In this document: positions 42,852 through 54,706 of the stretch, piece after piece
Numbering within the stretch: the first letter of the stretch is position 1
How the letters are laid out: every line of letters begins with the position of its first letter
Source: Octopus sinensis
Lineage: Eukaryota
Reading direction: 5' to 3'
Length of the DNA: 64,000 nt
Assembly: GCF_006345805.1 (NCBI RefSeq)
Contig: NC_043010.1
Coordinates: 63,612,001 to 63,676,000 of the forward strand
The notes under the pieces: model-generated
Database searches by the model: none
The model's input: only the letters and a program-made list of their open reading frames with translations
Told to the model about the DNA's origin: nothing
Made by a program: the position numbers and the translations under genes

Positions 42852-43424
42852 GGGACATCTGGGAAGATACCTCCAGATGATAGTGAGACATTAAGATAGC
42901 TCTATATACTAGTAAGGTGGGACATCTGGAAGATACTCCAAATATGAATGGGACAGCTGGAAGATACCTCCAGATGGTAGTGAGGCATTTGAAAGATAGA
43001 TACATATGTTGGGTTAGTGGGAAATCTGGAAAACACCTCCAGATGTTAGTAATATTAGCAGAGCATCTAAAACACAATTTCTCAACCGCTTTTTATCTAT
43101 GGACCCCTTTGGTTATTATTTCATTCTGGTGGACCCCCATAGCCATTCAATGTTTAAAAACTAACTTTATAGAAACCTCTTTCAAAATCCCTATTTTGCT
43201 TTTCACACATTAACTCGTGTAGGTTGATCTTTGTAAAATGTTAGAGAAAGAAACCTATTTCTTGCAATACATACATTTATAACAAATTTTTTTCAGGGGC
43301 CCTTAAATTACCTTTGTGGATCCCCAATTTACTATTTTGATGTGTGAACCCCCAAAAAATGTTATATGGACCCTCAGGGGTCATTTGGACATTGGTTGAG
43401 AATCACTGGTCTAGAAACACCTCC
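42852..43424. repeat. Five dispersed-tandem ~27-nt hairpin units GGGACATCTGGAAGATACCTCCAGATG
   Basis: Units at 42852, 42919, 42950, 43019 and 43061 (the last split by a hAT MITE). Confidence 0.75.
43073..43408. mobile_element. hAT-family MITE (older copy)
   Basis: Ends CACAATTTCTCAACC / GGTTGAGAATCACTG; degenerate 8-bp TSD ATCTAAAA/GTCTAGAA; GGACCCC motifs. A related 5' fragment starts at 31561 (CAGTGGTTCCCAACC). Confidence 0.75.
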
Positions 43425-43766
43425 CGTAGTTGACCACTGAAGAATTTATTCATTTTATTGCTTTTCTCTTCAGAGTATTTCCATGTTTTTATTGTTGCTA
43501 TGTCAAAATAGAAATTCAGAATAAATTAAGAGTTTTTATGGAGTAAGCTACTCAGCAGGAGGCAGGCCCTGCAAAAATATTCCAGTGTATTATTTTTTTT
43601 ACAAAGAACTTTTTTTTTTTTGGTGAACAATTCACTGGGGTTGAGTCTTTTTCTGGGACATTTTCTAAATGAGTATTATTTACAGGAGGGTGACAGAAAT
43701 TGTCTGGGTGAGTATTTTAATAGGGAATACTACCTTTCCGAGGGGATATTTTTCAAAAGAAGGAAG

Positions 43767-43810
<44 letters not shown>

Positions 43811-44029
43811 TATTATTGTTATTATTAAGGCAGCAATCTGGCAGAATCATTAGTAGGCAGAACAGCATACTTAGCAGTATTTTGTTTGTCTATAAATTCT
43901 GATTTCAAATTCTACCAAGGTCAACTTTGTCTTTTATCCTTTCAGGGTCGATGAAATAAGTAGAAGTCAAGCGCTATGCCAATATAATAGGTTATCCCCC
44001 TCTCACCAAATTTCAGGCCTTGTAGGAAA

Positions 44030-44068
<39 letters not shown>

Positions 44069-44959
44069 CTACTACTACTACTACTACTACTACTATATTT
44101 TTTTTCTTTCTGGGTATTATTTAGTCAAAGAGTTCCTGAGAAAGTATATGGTACCTTTTATATCTGTGGGTTATTGTTCTCATTGTTCTTTAGTTATGAG
44201 TCAGCCTTGGTCATGAAGACTTTATGATTAAAGACACTTCAGCCATGGCTATCCTACTTTTTTCTGAGGAAAAGTGTACCCTGAGCCAGTTTATCCAATG
44301 TGTCTTTCTCTTCAATGAGAGTAGGATGTCATTTGAAGGAGGTTTGGCTGGTATTTCTAGTAGGGCATGTAACCACACAGAGACTTCTTCATTAGTCTCT
44401 TGTATTTCTGAAATGAAGATACACCTATGTATTTCTAAGATAAAGGTCTGTGTGTGTGTGTGTGTGTTTGTGTGTTCTATTTTGTGTCCTGGGATCAACC
44501 AGGTCATTTACCTGGTTTACATGGTGTATATGTGACCAAGATCACAATGCTCTCTGCTGAACAAGAGACCAGTCTATCACAGGATTACTCGTTAACAGCT
44601 GGGTGGAATGGAGCCACATGGAATGAAATGTTTTGCTCCAAGACACAATGCATCACTCGGTCTGAGAATGAAAACCACAATCTCATGATCATGAGTGCAA
44701 CACCCTGACCACTAAGCCACACACCTTCTCAAGTTGAGGGTACATCTGTTGGTACCCCTGTGTAAAAATTTACATGTAGAAACAGTTCTTTTTTAAAACT
44801 TATTCATTTATTTATTTTTCTCTGTCGAAGTTCCATATTTGTTTTAATTGGGTCATAACGAGATTTTCTTTAATTCAGGAGTAAATTTTTGTCAGCACAA
44901 ATTGTTGGTGCCTCTCTGTAACCTTTTTTAATTTGTGGTACTTATATTCTTTTCAAAAT

Positions 44960-45092
44960 TTGGTGGCACACCTGAACTAAAAATATAACTAGAAGTACAG
45001 GAAAAAAATATATATTCAGATTACACTGTGGCACACCTAGCATTGTCTTGTGGCACACCAGTGTGCTGTGGCCCACCAGTTGCGGAGCACTG
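44960..45092. mobile_element. hAT-like terminal fragment
   Basis: Repeated GTGGCACACC subterminal motifs ending in GTTGCGGAGCACTG; matching left end not found. Confidence 0.45.
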
Positions 45093-45689
45093 CTCTAAAT
45101 AACTTAAGAGTATTGTTCAGGTATGGTTACACTTTGGATTATAAATACACCTTCTCTTCAACTTAGAACCTAGGTGACTTACAACCAGCCACACTTATGG
45201 CTACAAAAAATAAGGAAATAAAAATTTGGTTTGTTGGGCAGCTGTGCATATAATGACAATGGCAGCATCTGGCAATGCAGGCCTCCCTCAGACCCAGGCA
45301 TCCGCTGCCTGCCACTGTCTCTCACTCAGTCACTTTCAAGCATCAGTTGTGTTTGAATGGAAAAATAGTGTTGTAAAATATAAATCTGACCGGTCAACTG
45401 GAAAGGAATTCCCTTGTAAATCAAAGAGAAGGTGATACCTAAATCTGTCTCCTGGGTCAAAGGTCACAAATATTTTTGTTATTGCCAGCATTTAGGATAT
45501 TAAACATAATACTATTCCACTGATAACGAAAATTTGGGGACCACTTCTTCTATTGCACTTGTTCTTTAAGGGGTTCTCTATGTTTTTTTTTTCATTTCTA
45601 AAAATGGTTTTAGTCTGAGGTATTTACTAAATTTTAGGATCTGTCCAACATTTTAGTATTTTATTTATCATATGAAGCAACTGATGGCG

Positions 45690-46068
45690 TATATGATAAC
45701 AATGAAGTCAATAGCGGCAGTGGTGGTGGTGATGATAATACCAGTGATAATGATGAAATAATGGTGATGTCAACAATAAAGACAATGGTGCTGACAGCAC
45801 TAATGATGATGATGATGGTGAAGGATGGTGATGATGATGAAGATGATGATGATGATGATATAGTGATTAGAATAAGATTGTTGATGTCAATGACGATGAT
45901 GGGCAATGATAGTAGTGATGACAACAGTGGCAATGAAGACAGGAATGGTGATAACAATGATGACAGTAAGAATGATAATGAAGATGAAAATGACAATAAT
46001 AATAATGATGACATTGCAGATGATGACAATGATGACAAAACCTGCGTAGAGAACAACAACAACAACAC
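45690..46068. repeat. Degenerate (GAT/GAC/AAT)n trinucleotide tract; similar (GGT/GAT/CTA)n tracts at 26000-26185, 28040-28610, 30315-30770, 35430-35720 and 41900-42150
   Basis: Direct reading; yields low-complexity ORFs in several frames. Confidence 0.85.
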
Positions 46069-48333
46069 CGTTGTCCAAGTCGTAGGAGAGAAGTTGTCGT
46101 TTGTACAATGGATAAGAAAACGAAAATCATTTGAAACTTTGTTTTGAATTAATTAAGAGATCAAAGTGGACAGAGATTAATTACTGATTAAAACAATCAT
46201 TTTTTGATTATTAAACAATGGCTATTGTATATTGAGATGTTCTGATAATTATTGATTGGTCAGTTCAATAATTGAATTTGTAACCCAAATTGAAAGTCTG
46301 AAATGGATCCAGACTTCTAGATGGTCATTAATTGGTCAATCTGTATTGTGTGACCATAATGCATAAATTCTAATGCAGCAAAACAACCAATTACCTAATA
46401 ATTTCTGGCAGATCAATCCAATATTTTCTAACCATAATTAAAAAACAAACTGTACCAAGATTCCAAGTAATGTTTGGCAACTCGCTCCAATATTTTGAGT
46501 CTGTAATTCAACACATATTTTCCAGGAACTGTAATTCAGTCTAAAAGATTGAGGAGGAAATGTTAATTGCTTTTCACTCCACACACAGGCCGATATTTTA
46601 AAAAGAAGTCTAATAATACAGATAGTTCGAGTCAACCCACATACGTTATTGATATCTATTTCATCAACATTGAACTAATGAAGGCAAGCAAATTTGTTCC
46701 CAGCTGAATTCGAAGAGAGTCATCAGACCAGGAAAGGGTTAAACTGGCTTCTCAGGAAAGCATCTAGCACAAAGTTTGAGTATCTTGGCCAAACTCACTA
46801 CACAGGGACCATGGATTTGAATATGAAAATAAATTTTGGAAATTCATTGAAGAGATTAAGTTTGACTGGTAGATTTAATCTTTTACTCAGTTCAACACCA
46901 CATCCTGGCCCTCTGGTGCCTTTAGCAGAGTCTAATCTATTTCTCAAGCATTTTGGCCAGTTCTCTGGTTTAAGGATATCTTCCTTTCTCCCTCTCATCA
47001 GTCTCATAGGCCCTATAAAGGGTCATGGACACTGCTCTTTCCTCCAGATAGAAAAAAAAAAAACTTAATCTCACACCTAGTTATAGGGTATCTTTTGTGG
47101 AGTCATTCTTATTGCAAGCATTCAGGCCAGCTCTATGGTTTGAGGATACTTTCATCCTTCCCATCAGTTTCGAGGACCCTGAGAGGGGGTCATAGATGTT
47201 GCCTTCCTTCTTCTAAACCATTGAAAAGAAAAAAAAAAAAAAAAAAGAAACAACATAGGATTTAAGAACAAGGGGGTGTTGTTATGAGACCCAGGATAAT
47301 TCTAATTCAAGAAACCTATGAGCAATGGCATTCCAGCCATGACCATCATGTCTTTTTATGAACTACATTATTCAATGTCTCTCATGTTTTAAGAAGGTAA
47401 TGTGCAATTTGAGGGAAATTTGACTGCTATTTCTAGCAACTTGAGCAGCTCTGTAGGGAACTAGCTTAACAAAGTCCCCTTTCTTTTATGTTCACCTGTG
47501 TAACTAATTTAGGCTTAATTAATTGATACCATTGAGGAAGGGCATTAATTATGTAAGCAAAGTGAAATTTCATACAATCTCATTCATTATATTGTCTCTG
47601 TAAAATTTTATATATGCACGTGTGTTTATGTTTGTGTGTATGTGTGTGGAAGGTTGGTATTATTGACGGAAGCATTGTGAGATCGAACACTGCCACAGCC
47701 GTTCTCATGTGTCCTTAAGCAAGACACATAACTCTACCTAAAACACAACAGTATGAAACACTAGAACGGACACTGAACCGTGAAAATAAGACTCGCTCGA
47801 ACAATTCAACAATTAACCTCAGGTAATTCCAGCTAACGTCAGGTACATTACGGCCGTCAGTGGCTCGGATCATGGCTAACTTAGTAACTCCACAAGATTA
47901 GCAGCTTAAATTCCGCAGGAAAAAGAAAAGTAAATAAATAAACACAAAACCTCCCTGCCCCACCCAAGCCAGCATGAACAAATGGACATAAAAGAGTGAA
48001 AAATACAACAAAAACAAAAAAAAGGAAAGGAAGTAAAAGAAGAAGAAGAGCAAGAAGAAGAAGAAGAAGGAGAAGCTTCCGCTTAGCACAGTCATTTCAG
48101 TTTCTAAAGGATGTGTTTTATAAATGAGTGCAGATTAGGTACATCAGTCTGCACTGTTAATATTAGGGTCTACACTATAGTTCAGTTCACATGTTTACAT
48201 GTAACACAGAAGAAATATGGGCTTTTGGTAAACTAATACTGTGAGGCAATGAGAAATGGAAAAGGGTGATGCTTGTAAGGTCATGTTTTTATATATATAT
48301 ATATATATACACACACATATATTTGTAATATAT

Positions 48334-48396
<63 letters not shown>

Positions 48397-48415
48397 GATA
48401 TATGTTGGTGGGTGT

Positions 48416-48456
<41 letters not shown>

Positions 48457-48552
48457 CATCATATATATATATATATATATGTTTGTACATGTCCAACACA
48501 CATACACACACATATGTATATCAGCATATATATATCTATATATATATATATG

Positions 48553-48610
<58 letters not shown>

Positions 48611-48667
48611 TGCACTATATAAATTGTGTGTATTAATTGGAATTAAAATTAAATTCACTAATTGTCT

Positions 48668-50731
48668 TCACTTTTCCATGCCGTAGATATCAGGGTTACT
48701 CTTAGAAGGTGCATGAATGCCTTGGATATTGTTCCAGGGAGTCTGTTTACTTTGCTTGACCCCACAGGAATAGCCTGAAGGAACGCTAGGCCAGCTAGAA
48801 CCAAGCAAAGGAGGCATGGGGTACCCTCTAGACCACAGATAGTTGCTCTCCCAACTCTGTGGCATTTCGTGCAAATATGCTGGGGTGGATGTATGAGAGA
48901 CTGGGATTGAAGGGGTCTGTAAGCGAGAAGAAGGTATTTGAGAATCTCGATGATGTGGGAAGAACATAGGAGTTGGGTGTGGTGAGCTTGTCGGGTTAAC
49001 TTTCATGGGAACCTTTTGAAGAGGCGGTGATAAAGACGGCAAAGATTCTTGCTGAGGTTGTTTATCTCTGTGAAGTTCACTGTGATATGATGGGAATAAA
49101 GAGTGGTCCTTTTGATCAAGGGACTCTGCACTTGATTCACCTCCTCCGCTTAACATCACTGGAGGTGGTTGAGGCAAAGGGGGATTTTTTAGGAAAAGCT
49201 CGCAATTAGGACAAGAGCACTTTTGATTTAAGCCTCGTGTGCAAGTGTTAAAAGATGATGATTTATCATGGCGCTGGTTTGGAAGGCGAGAATTAGAAGT
49301 GGGTGTTTCACTGTTTATTACAGGGGGAACAGCATTGGGAGAGGCAAGAGGTGTAGACTGCGCTCTGGACTGGTAATTCTGTGGGTTCTTAGTAAACAGC
49401 TCACAACCTGTACGTGTACGTTTGTGGTTATTTAGATTGGCTTTCTGAGAGAAAGACTTTCCACAAGTGTCACATTTAAAGGGCTTCTCACCTGTATGGG
49501 TACGCAGATGAGTTTTTAAGTTACCTGCCTGTGAAAAAACCTTTGGGCAAACATCACAACAGTATGGCTTCTCTCCTGCATGAGTGCGAAGGTGAAGTTT
49601 TAAATTTCCTCTTTGGCTAAAAGATTTGTCACATAGGTTACACTGAAATGGTTTTTCTCCTGTGTGAGTTCTGTGGTGGTTTTTCAGATTGATCTTCTGT
49701 GTAAATTCTTTATTACAAATTTCACATTTATATAGTTCGCCAGTATGTATCCGCTCATGAATTTTTAAAAAGAACTGGTTACAAAATGGTTTCTTACAAT
49801 ATTGGCAATAAAACAGGTCTCCAGTGTGGAGTCGCTTATGGTCATTCAGATTTATTTTCTGTGAGAAAGCTTTGCCACAGACTTCACAAGAAAATGGTTT
49901 CTCTCCAGTGTGAGTTCGAAGATGAAGTTTTAAATTTCCCCTTTGAGAGAAAGCTTTTGAGCAAACATTACATTGGAATGGTTTCTCCCCTGTGTGAGTT
50001 CTTAAGTGATTTTTCAAATTTATCTGTAAAGTGAAAGATTTTGTACAGAATGTGCATTTATACAGTTCCCCGGTGTGTATACGTTCGTGTATCTTTAGAA
50101 AAAACTGGTTACAAAACGGTTTCTTGCAGAACTGACAATAGTAGAGCTCTCCTGTGTGAAGTCGTTTATGGTCGTTTAAATTAATCTTCTGGGAAAAGGC
50201 TTTCCCACAGACATCACAGGCAAAGGGTTTCTCCCCAGTGTGCGTTCTAAGGTGAAGCTTCAAATTACCACGCTGACTAAAAGATTTATTACAAACTGTA
50301 CACTGGAATGGCTTCTCCCCAGTGTGAGTTCGCAGATGATTTTTAAGGTTGATTTTCTGTGTGAAGGCTTTTCCACAGTAACTGCACTCAAAAGGCTTCA
50401 GTCCTGTGTGAGTGAGTTCATGGTTCTTTAGAAAAAACTGATTTGAGAATCCTTTTTTACAGAAACTACACTGGAAATCTTTTGGTGGCTGCAATGGGTG
50501 TTTTTGAGCATACGAATCATGAGTCTGTGGTTCACTTACGTTTCTATCAAAGGATGGAGGAGGTGACATCAAAGAAGAATCATTATTTCTGCAATGATCG
50601 AGAGTGTTATAAGATTTTTCGCTAGATAGTAAAGGCTTTTCAGGACATTTCAAATAATTATTGGGATACATTGGTTGTCCATAGAAATTGTGTTGGTTTC
50701 CCATTGGGAAAACAGGTTGAAAGGAATACAT
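48668..50731 (-). CDS. C2H2 (Kruppel-type) tandem zinc-finger protein, 687 aa, uninterrupted CDS: ~85-aa N-terminal region, 12 intact fingers plus 1 degenerate finger (aa 86-440, nt 49412-50476), Pro/Ser-rich C-terminal tail
   Basis: Only long non-repetitive ORF in the window. Repeated F/Y-x-C-x2-C-x3-F-x5-L-x2-H-x3-H with TGEKP or TGEL linkers; no internal stops. Confidence 0.95.
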   Translation of the reverse strand: MYSFQPVFPMGNQHNFYGQPMYPNNYLKCPEKPLLSSEKSYNTLDHCRNNDSSLMSPPPSFDRNVSEPQTHDSYAQKHPLQPPKDFQCSFCKKGFSNQFFLKNHELTHTGLKPFECSYCGKAFTQKINLKNHLRTHTGEKPFQCTVCNKSFSQRGNLKLHLRTHTGEKPFACDVCGKAFSQKINLNDHKRLHTGELYYCQFCKKPFCNQFFLKIHERIHTGELYKCTFCTKSFTLQINLKNHLRTHTGEKPFQCNVCSKAFSQRGNLKLHLRTHTGEKPFSCEVCGKAFSQKINLNDHKRLHTGDLFYCQYCKKPFCNQFFLKIHERIHTGELYKCEICNKEFTQKINLKNHHRTHTGEKPFQCNLCDKSFSQRGNLKLHLRTHAGEKPYCCDVCPKVFSQAGNLKTHLRTHTGEKPFKCDTCGKSFSQKANLNNHKRTRTGCELFTKNPQNYQSRAQSTPLASPNAVPPVINSETPTSNSRLPNQRHDKSSSFNTCTRGLNQKCSCPNCELFLKNPPLPQPPPVMLSGGGESSAESLDQKDHSLFPSYHSELHRDKQPQQESLPSLSPPLQKVPMKVNPTSSPHPTPMFFPHHRDSQIPSSRLQTPSIPVSHTSTPAYLHEMPQSWESNYLWSRGYPMPPLLGSSWPSVPSGYSCGVKQSKQTPWNNIQGIHAPSKSNPDIYGMEK

Positions 50732-50848
50732 ATTTTCTAAAGATGTTTTCTTTTACAATTTATAGCCACATATATAAAATATCAATTGATCTAAGTAGAG
50801 AAAAAAAAAAGCTTCTGAAATTATTCTTAGAGATTTTTTTTTTTAGTA

Positions 50849-50971
50849 TTAGTTTTTCTGGGTGATGAGAATGAGTGAAACTTCAGACAGCTGACAGTGA
50901 CTATGGTTGTGAATGGAAGTGATGCCCTTATCTAGGTTAAACTGGTTGCCACAGAATATCGGTTGAATCAT
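50849..50971 (-). other. Candidate uORF (40 aa, MIQPIFCGNQ...ITQKN) in the zinc-finger 5' leader
   Basis: ATG is the first codon after the predicted acceptor; stop at 50849-50851, about 117 nt before the main ATG. Confidence 0.4.
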
Positions 50972-50997
50972 CTGGAAAAAAACAAAAAAAACAAAGA
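50971..50997 (-). promoter_or_regulatory. Splice acceptor opening the terminal (coding) exon of the zinc-finger gene
   Basis: Minus strand reads a long T-rich polypyrimidine tract ending TTCCAG|ATG; exon would start at 50971, 240 nt upstream of the main ATG. Confidence 0.65.
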
Positions 50998-51368
50998 TAA
51001 ATATATTATTTGAGTGAAATGAAAAAAGAAATATTTTAAAAAATGAAATACTTTGTAGAATTTGATAATTCTCTAATTCCAAATCAAACCTGTATTTTCA
51101 TTTATGTTTCAGAATAAGGAATTCCATCTGGCCAAATTCAGTAAATTGTAGGGTTTATTCTATTTTATTTCATTTTTCTCTGTATCACATCTGGTGAACA
51201 ACAATGGCTTTGGTTAGAAAGTTCTGGCAATCCAATCCATGGATCCATGCTGATTCACTGAATTTCCAATGGCAAGAGTGACAACGGATTGTCTTTTGCA
51301 ACTCGGACATAACAATTACTAAGCAAGTACTATTTTTTTTCTAAAGGCTTTCATTGATACACATCAGC

Positions 51369-51423
<55 letters not shown>

Positions 51424-51766
51424 CAAGGCATAGCCATCACATGCAAGCATGTAATACTGATTGTTTTAGGGGTCTATATAGTTGAAAGCAGACACAGACA
51501 ATCTCACTGCTGCCTCTGTTGTTGTTTTAACATCCACTTTCCCATGCCTGTATGGATCAGATGAAATGTGTTGAGGAGGATGTTTTTTACAACTGGATAC
51601 CCTTCCTGTTACAACCCTAATTGGTTTCAAATGAGGTAATACTTAGCCATGAGTGAACATGTTTCCACCAAGAGATAAGAAGCAAATGACACATATCACT
51701 AGTTTGTATTCGTTGCCATTTAATGATGATTTCTTTTGTCAGTAACTACGTTACTGGATAGTTTAA

Positions 51767-51987
51767 CCCTTTAGCATTTAAACCGGCCATATCCGGCCAA
51801 AAGTATTCTGCCTGTTTTATGTTCAAACTGACCAGATCTGGTCTCTCACACCAACCCTACAATGTCCTTTTAAAAATTAACAGATACGTCATCAAAATCT
51901 CATAGCTACAAGGTAATGCATGATTAGTTCAAAACAGTGTGGATAAAAAAGGATTAATTTTGGCAGAATAACGTGAACACTAAAGGG
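51767..51987. mobile_element. piggyBac-family MITE
   Basis: TTAA|CCCTTTAG...CTAAAGGG|TTAA; 221 bp; homologous copy at 57268-57486. Confidence 0.9.
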
Positions 51988-52481
51988 TTAAACCATCCAG
52001 TAATACTGACTAAGACAGTGCTGCTTCTTTACGACTGTCACACGATATGAAAACAATGAGGCAAGGCGCATGCGTGCACACACACACACATACACATGTA
52101 TACCTATGTCAGCATTTAATGTCAATTTTCCAGCCTGGCATGAGTTAGATGATTTGACAGGAGCTGTCAAAGCCAGGAGCTGCACCTGCTCCATAGTCTG
52201 CTTTGACATGGTTTCTACAGCTGGAAGCCCTTCCTAATGCCAACCACTTTACAGAGTGCAATGGGTGCTTTTTAATGTGATATATATATATATAAATATA
52301 TATGTATGTGTGTGCGTGTGTGTGTTTGTCCCCTGCACCATCGCTTGACAACCTATGCTGGTGTGTTTATGACCCCATAACTTAACAGTTCGGCAAAAGA
52401 GACTGATAGAATAAGTACTAGGCTTACAAAGAATAAGTCCTGGGGCCGATTTGTTTGACTAAAGGCGGTGCTCCAGCATAC

Positions 52482-52516
<35 letters not shown>

Positions 52517-53240
52517 TGTGTGTATGATGAGCTTTTTCCAGTTTCTGTATACAAAATCAGCGTGAGTTTATAGTAGAAGACACAAGCCCAAAGTGCCATG
52601 CAGTAGGACCGAACCTGAAACCATGCTGGTGGTAGGTGAATTTATTAACCACACACCAACGAATGCCAACACATTGTAATACTGGATGGTTTAAACTATC
52701 CAGTAACATGGCCACTGACAAAACAAATCATCTTTAAATGGCAATGAACACAAACTAGTCATATTCCAATCACAGTAAAAGTCAGTTGTTGAAAAAAATG
52801 ATCTCAATTAATTAAAAGAACAAGAAACTCGTTTATAACCAGATATGTCTCACTGTCTTTGATTCATGCAATAGTAATTGCTTACAGTGGACTTCACCAT
52901 TAGATTAATCATCTAACTATTTAATTAAGTAAATCTAATGACATCTTGTCCGAAACACATTACAAGCAGTGTAAAACCAACTGTATATATCTGTTTACTA
53001 GTGTTTTATTCTTGTCTAATTTATGGAGCACTGATGTGGTTTTTAACATTAAAAGAAAATTAAAAATCTGTCAGAATTTTCCAAATGAATAAATAAAGTC
53101 GTGTGTGATGTCAATAAATGCTTCTAATTATAAGGACTACACTAATGAACTTTTTTCAAACTTATTAAAACATTATGCTATGCAATTAAACACTGAAGAA
53201 CAGGGTTTTTTTCTAAAAAAAAAACCATAATAATGATAAT

Positions 53241-53627
53241 ACTCTTTTACTTGTTTCAGTCATTTGACTGTGGCCATGCTGGAGCACCACCTTTAGTCGA
53301 GCAAATCGACCCCAGGACATATTCTATGTAAGCCTAGTACTTATTCTATCGGTCTCTTTTGCCAAATCGGTAAGTTACAGGGACGTAAACACACCAGCAT
53401 CGGTTGTTAAGCGATGTTGGGGGCCAAACACAGACACACAAACACACACAGACACATATATATATATATATATACGATGGGCTTCTTTCAGTTTCCGTCT
53501 ACTAAATCCACTCACAAGGCTTTGTGAGTGGATTTAGTAGAAGACACTTGCCCAATGTGCCATGCAGTGGGATTGAACTTGGAACCATGTGGTTGGGAAG
53601 CAAGCTACTTACCACAAAGCCACTCCT
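53241..53627 (-). mobile_element. SINE family A with small internal rearrangement
   Basis: Reverse complement of family A; contains a local palindrome CTACTAAATCCACTCACAAGGCTTTGTGAGTGGATTTAGTAG at ~53499-53540. Confidence 0.85.
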
Positions 53628-53635
53628 AAATAATA

Positions 53636-54706
53636 ATGGCTTCAAATATTGGTACAAGGCCAGCAATTTGGGGGGAGGGGATAAGTCGATTACGTCAACA
53701 ACAGTACTCAATTGGTACTCATTTTATTGACCTCAGTGGAGGGCAAGGGCCTAGTGGTTAGGGCAGCAGACTCGTTGTAGGATTGCGGTTTTGATTCCCA
53801 GACCAGGTGTTGTGAATGTTTATTGAGCAAAAACACCTAAAACTCCATGGGGCTCCGGCAGGGGGTGGTGGCAACCCCTGCTGTACACTTTCACCACAAC
53901 TTTCTCTCACTCTTTCTTCCTGTTTCTGCTGTACCAGTATTTCAAAGGGCCCAGCCATGTCACACTCTCTGTCATGCTGAATCTCCCTGAGAACTATATT
54001 AAGGGTACACGTGTCTGTGGAGTGCTCAGCCACTTGCACGTTAATTTCACGAGCAGGCTGTTCCGTTGATCAGATCAACTGGAACCCTCGTGGTCGTAAC
54101 TGACGGAGTGCCACAACTGACCTCAAAAGGCTGAAAGGCAAAGTCAGCCTTGGCAGAATTTGAACTCAGAATGAAAAGACAGAGGAAATGTCACTAAGCA
54201 TTTTGTCTGATGTGCCAACGATTCTGCCAGCTCACTGACTTAATAATAATAATAATAATAATAATAATCCTTTCTATTATAGGTACAAGGCCTGAAATTT
54301 GGGGGAGGGGGTGTTAGTCGATTATATCAACCCCAGTGTTTCACTAGAACTAAATTTATTGACCCCGAAAGGATGAAAAGCAAAATCAACCTTGGCGGAA
54401 TTTGAACTCAGAAAATAGTGACGGGCGAAACACCGCTAAGTATTTTGTCCAGTATGCTAATGACTCTGCCAGCTTGCCACCTTAATGAGAATAATAATAA
54501 TCCTTTATATTATAGGCACAAGGCTTGAAATTTGGGGGGAGGGGACCAGTCGATTTAATCGACCTGTGTTTTACTTGTACTTAATTTATTGACCCCGAAA
54601 GAATGAAAAGCAAAGTCGACCTCGGCGGAATTTGAACTCAGAACGTAGCGGCAGACTAAATACCTCTAAGCATTTCGCCCGGCGTGCTTACAATTTTGCC
54701 AGCTCA
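53636..54706 (-). mobile_element. Tandem run of three SINE family B copies separated by (TAA)n tails; the first is interrupted by a family D SINE
   Basis: Repeated GAAAGGATGAAA(G)GCAAAGTC..CCT.GGC.GAATTTGAACTCAGAA units. Other family B copies at 5381, 6080, 9730, 31330, 32500, 37040, 38005, 38308, 40135-40895, 42395, 43828, 55957-56410, 57975 and 60375. Confidence 0.85.
53736..54117 (+). mobile_element. tRNA-derived SINE family D with 8-bp TSD
   Basis: Head GGCCTAGTGGTTAGGGCAGC...GGTTTTGATTCCC; TSD TGACCTCA at 53728-53735 and 54118-54125. Confidence 0.85.

Noticed and set aside
42852-43424. CRISPR-like repeat-spacer appearance
   Set aside because: Eukaryotic context, no cas genes, degenerate units and irregular spacers (6-42 nt), two of which resemble each other; kept only as a hairpin array.
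45661-46147. Asp/Asn-rich or Ser/Leu-rich ORFs (also 25805-26237, 28033-28766, 30187-31057, 35356-35746)
   Set aside because: Trinucleotide repeat tracts open on both strands; no domain or splice support.
46694-47068. 124-aa plus-strand ORF with related segments at 46940-47045 and 47120-47210
   Set aside because: Non-ATG start, no domain; appears to be a decayed local repeat.
49027-50865. Plus-strand ORFs overlapping the zinc-finger CDS
   Set aside because: Short antisense shadows of the real coding frame.
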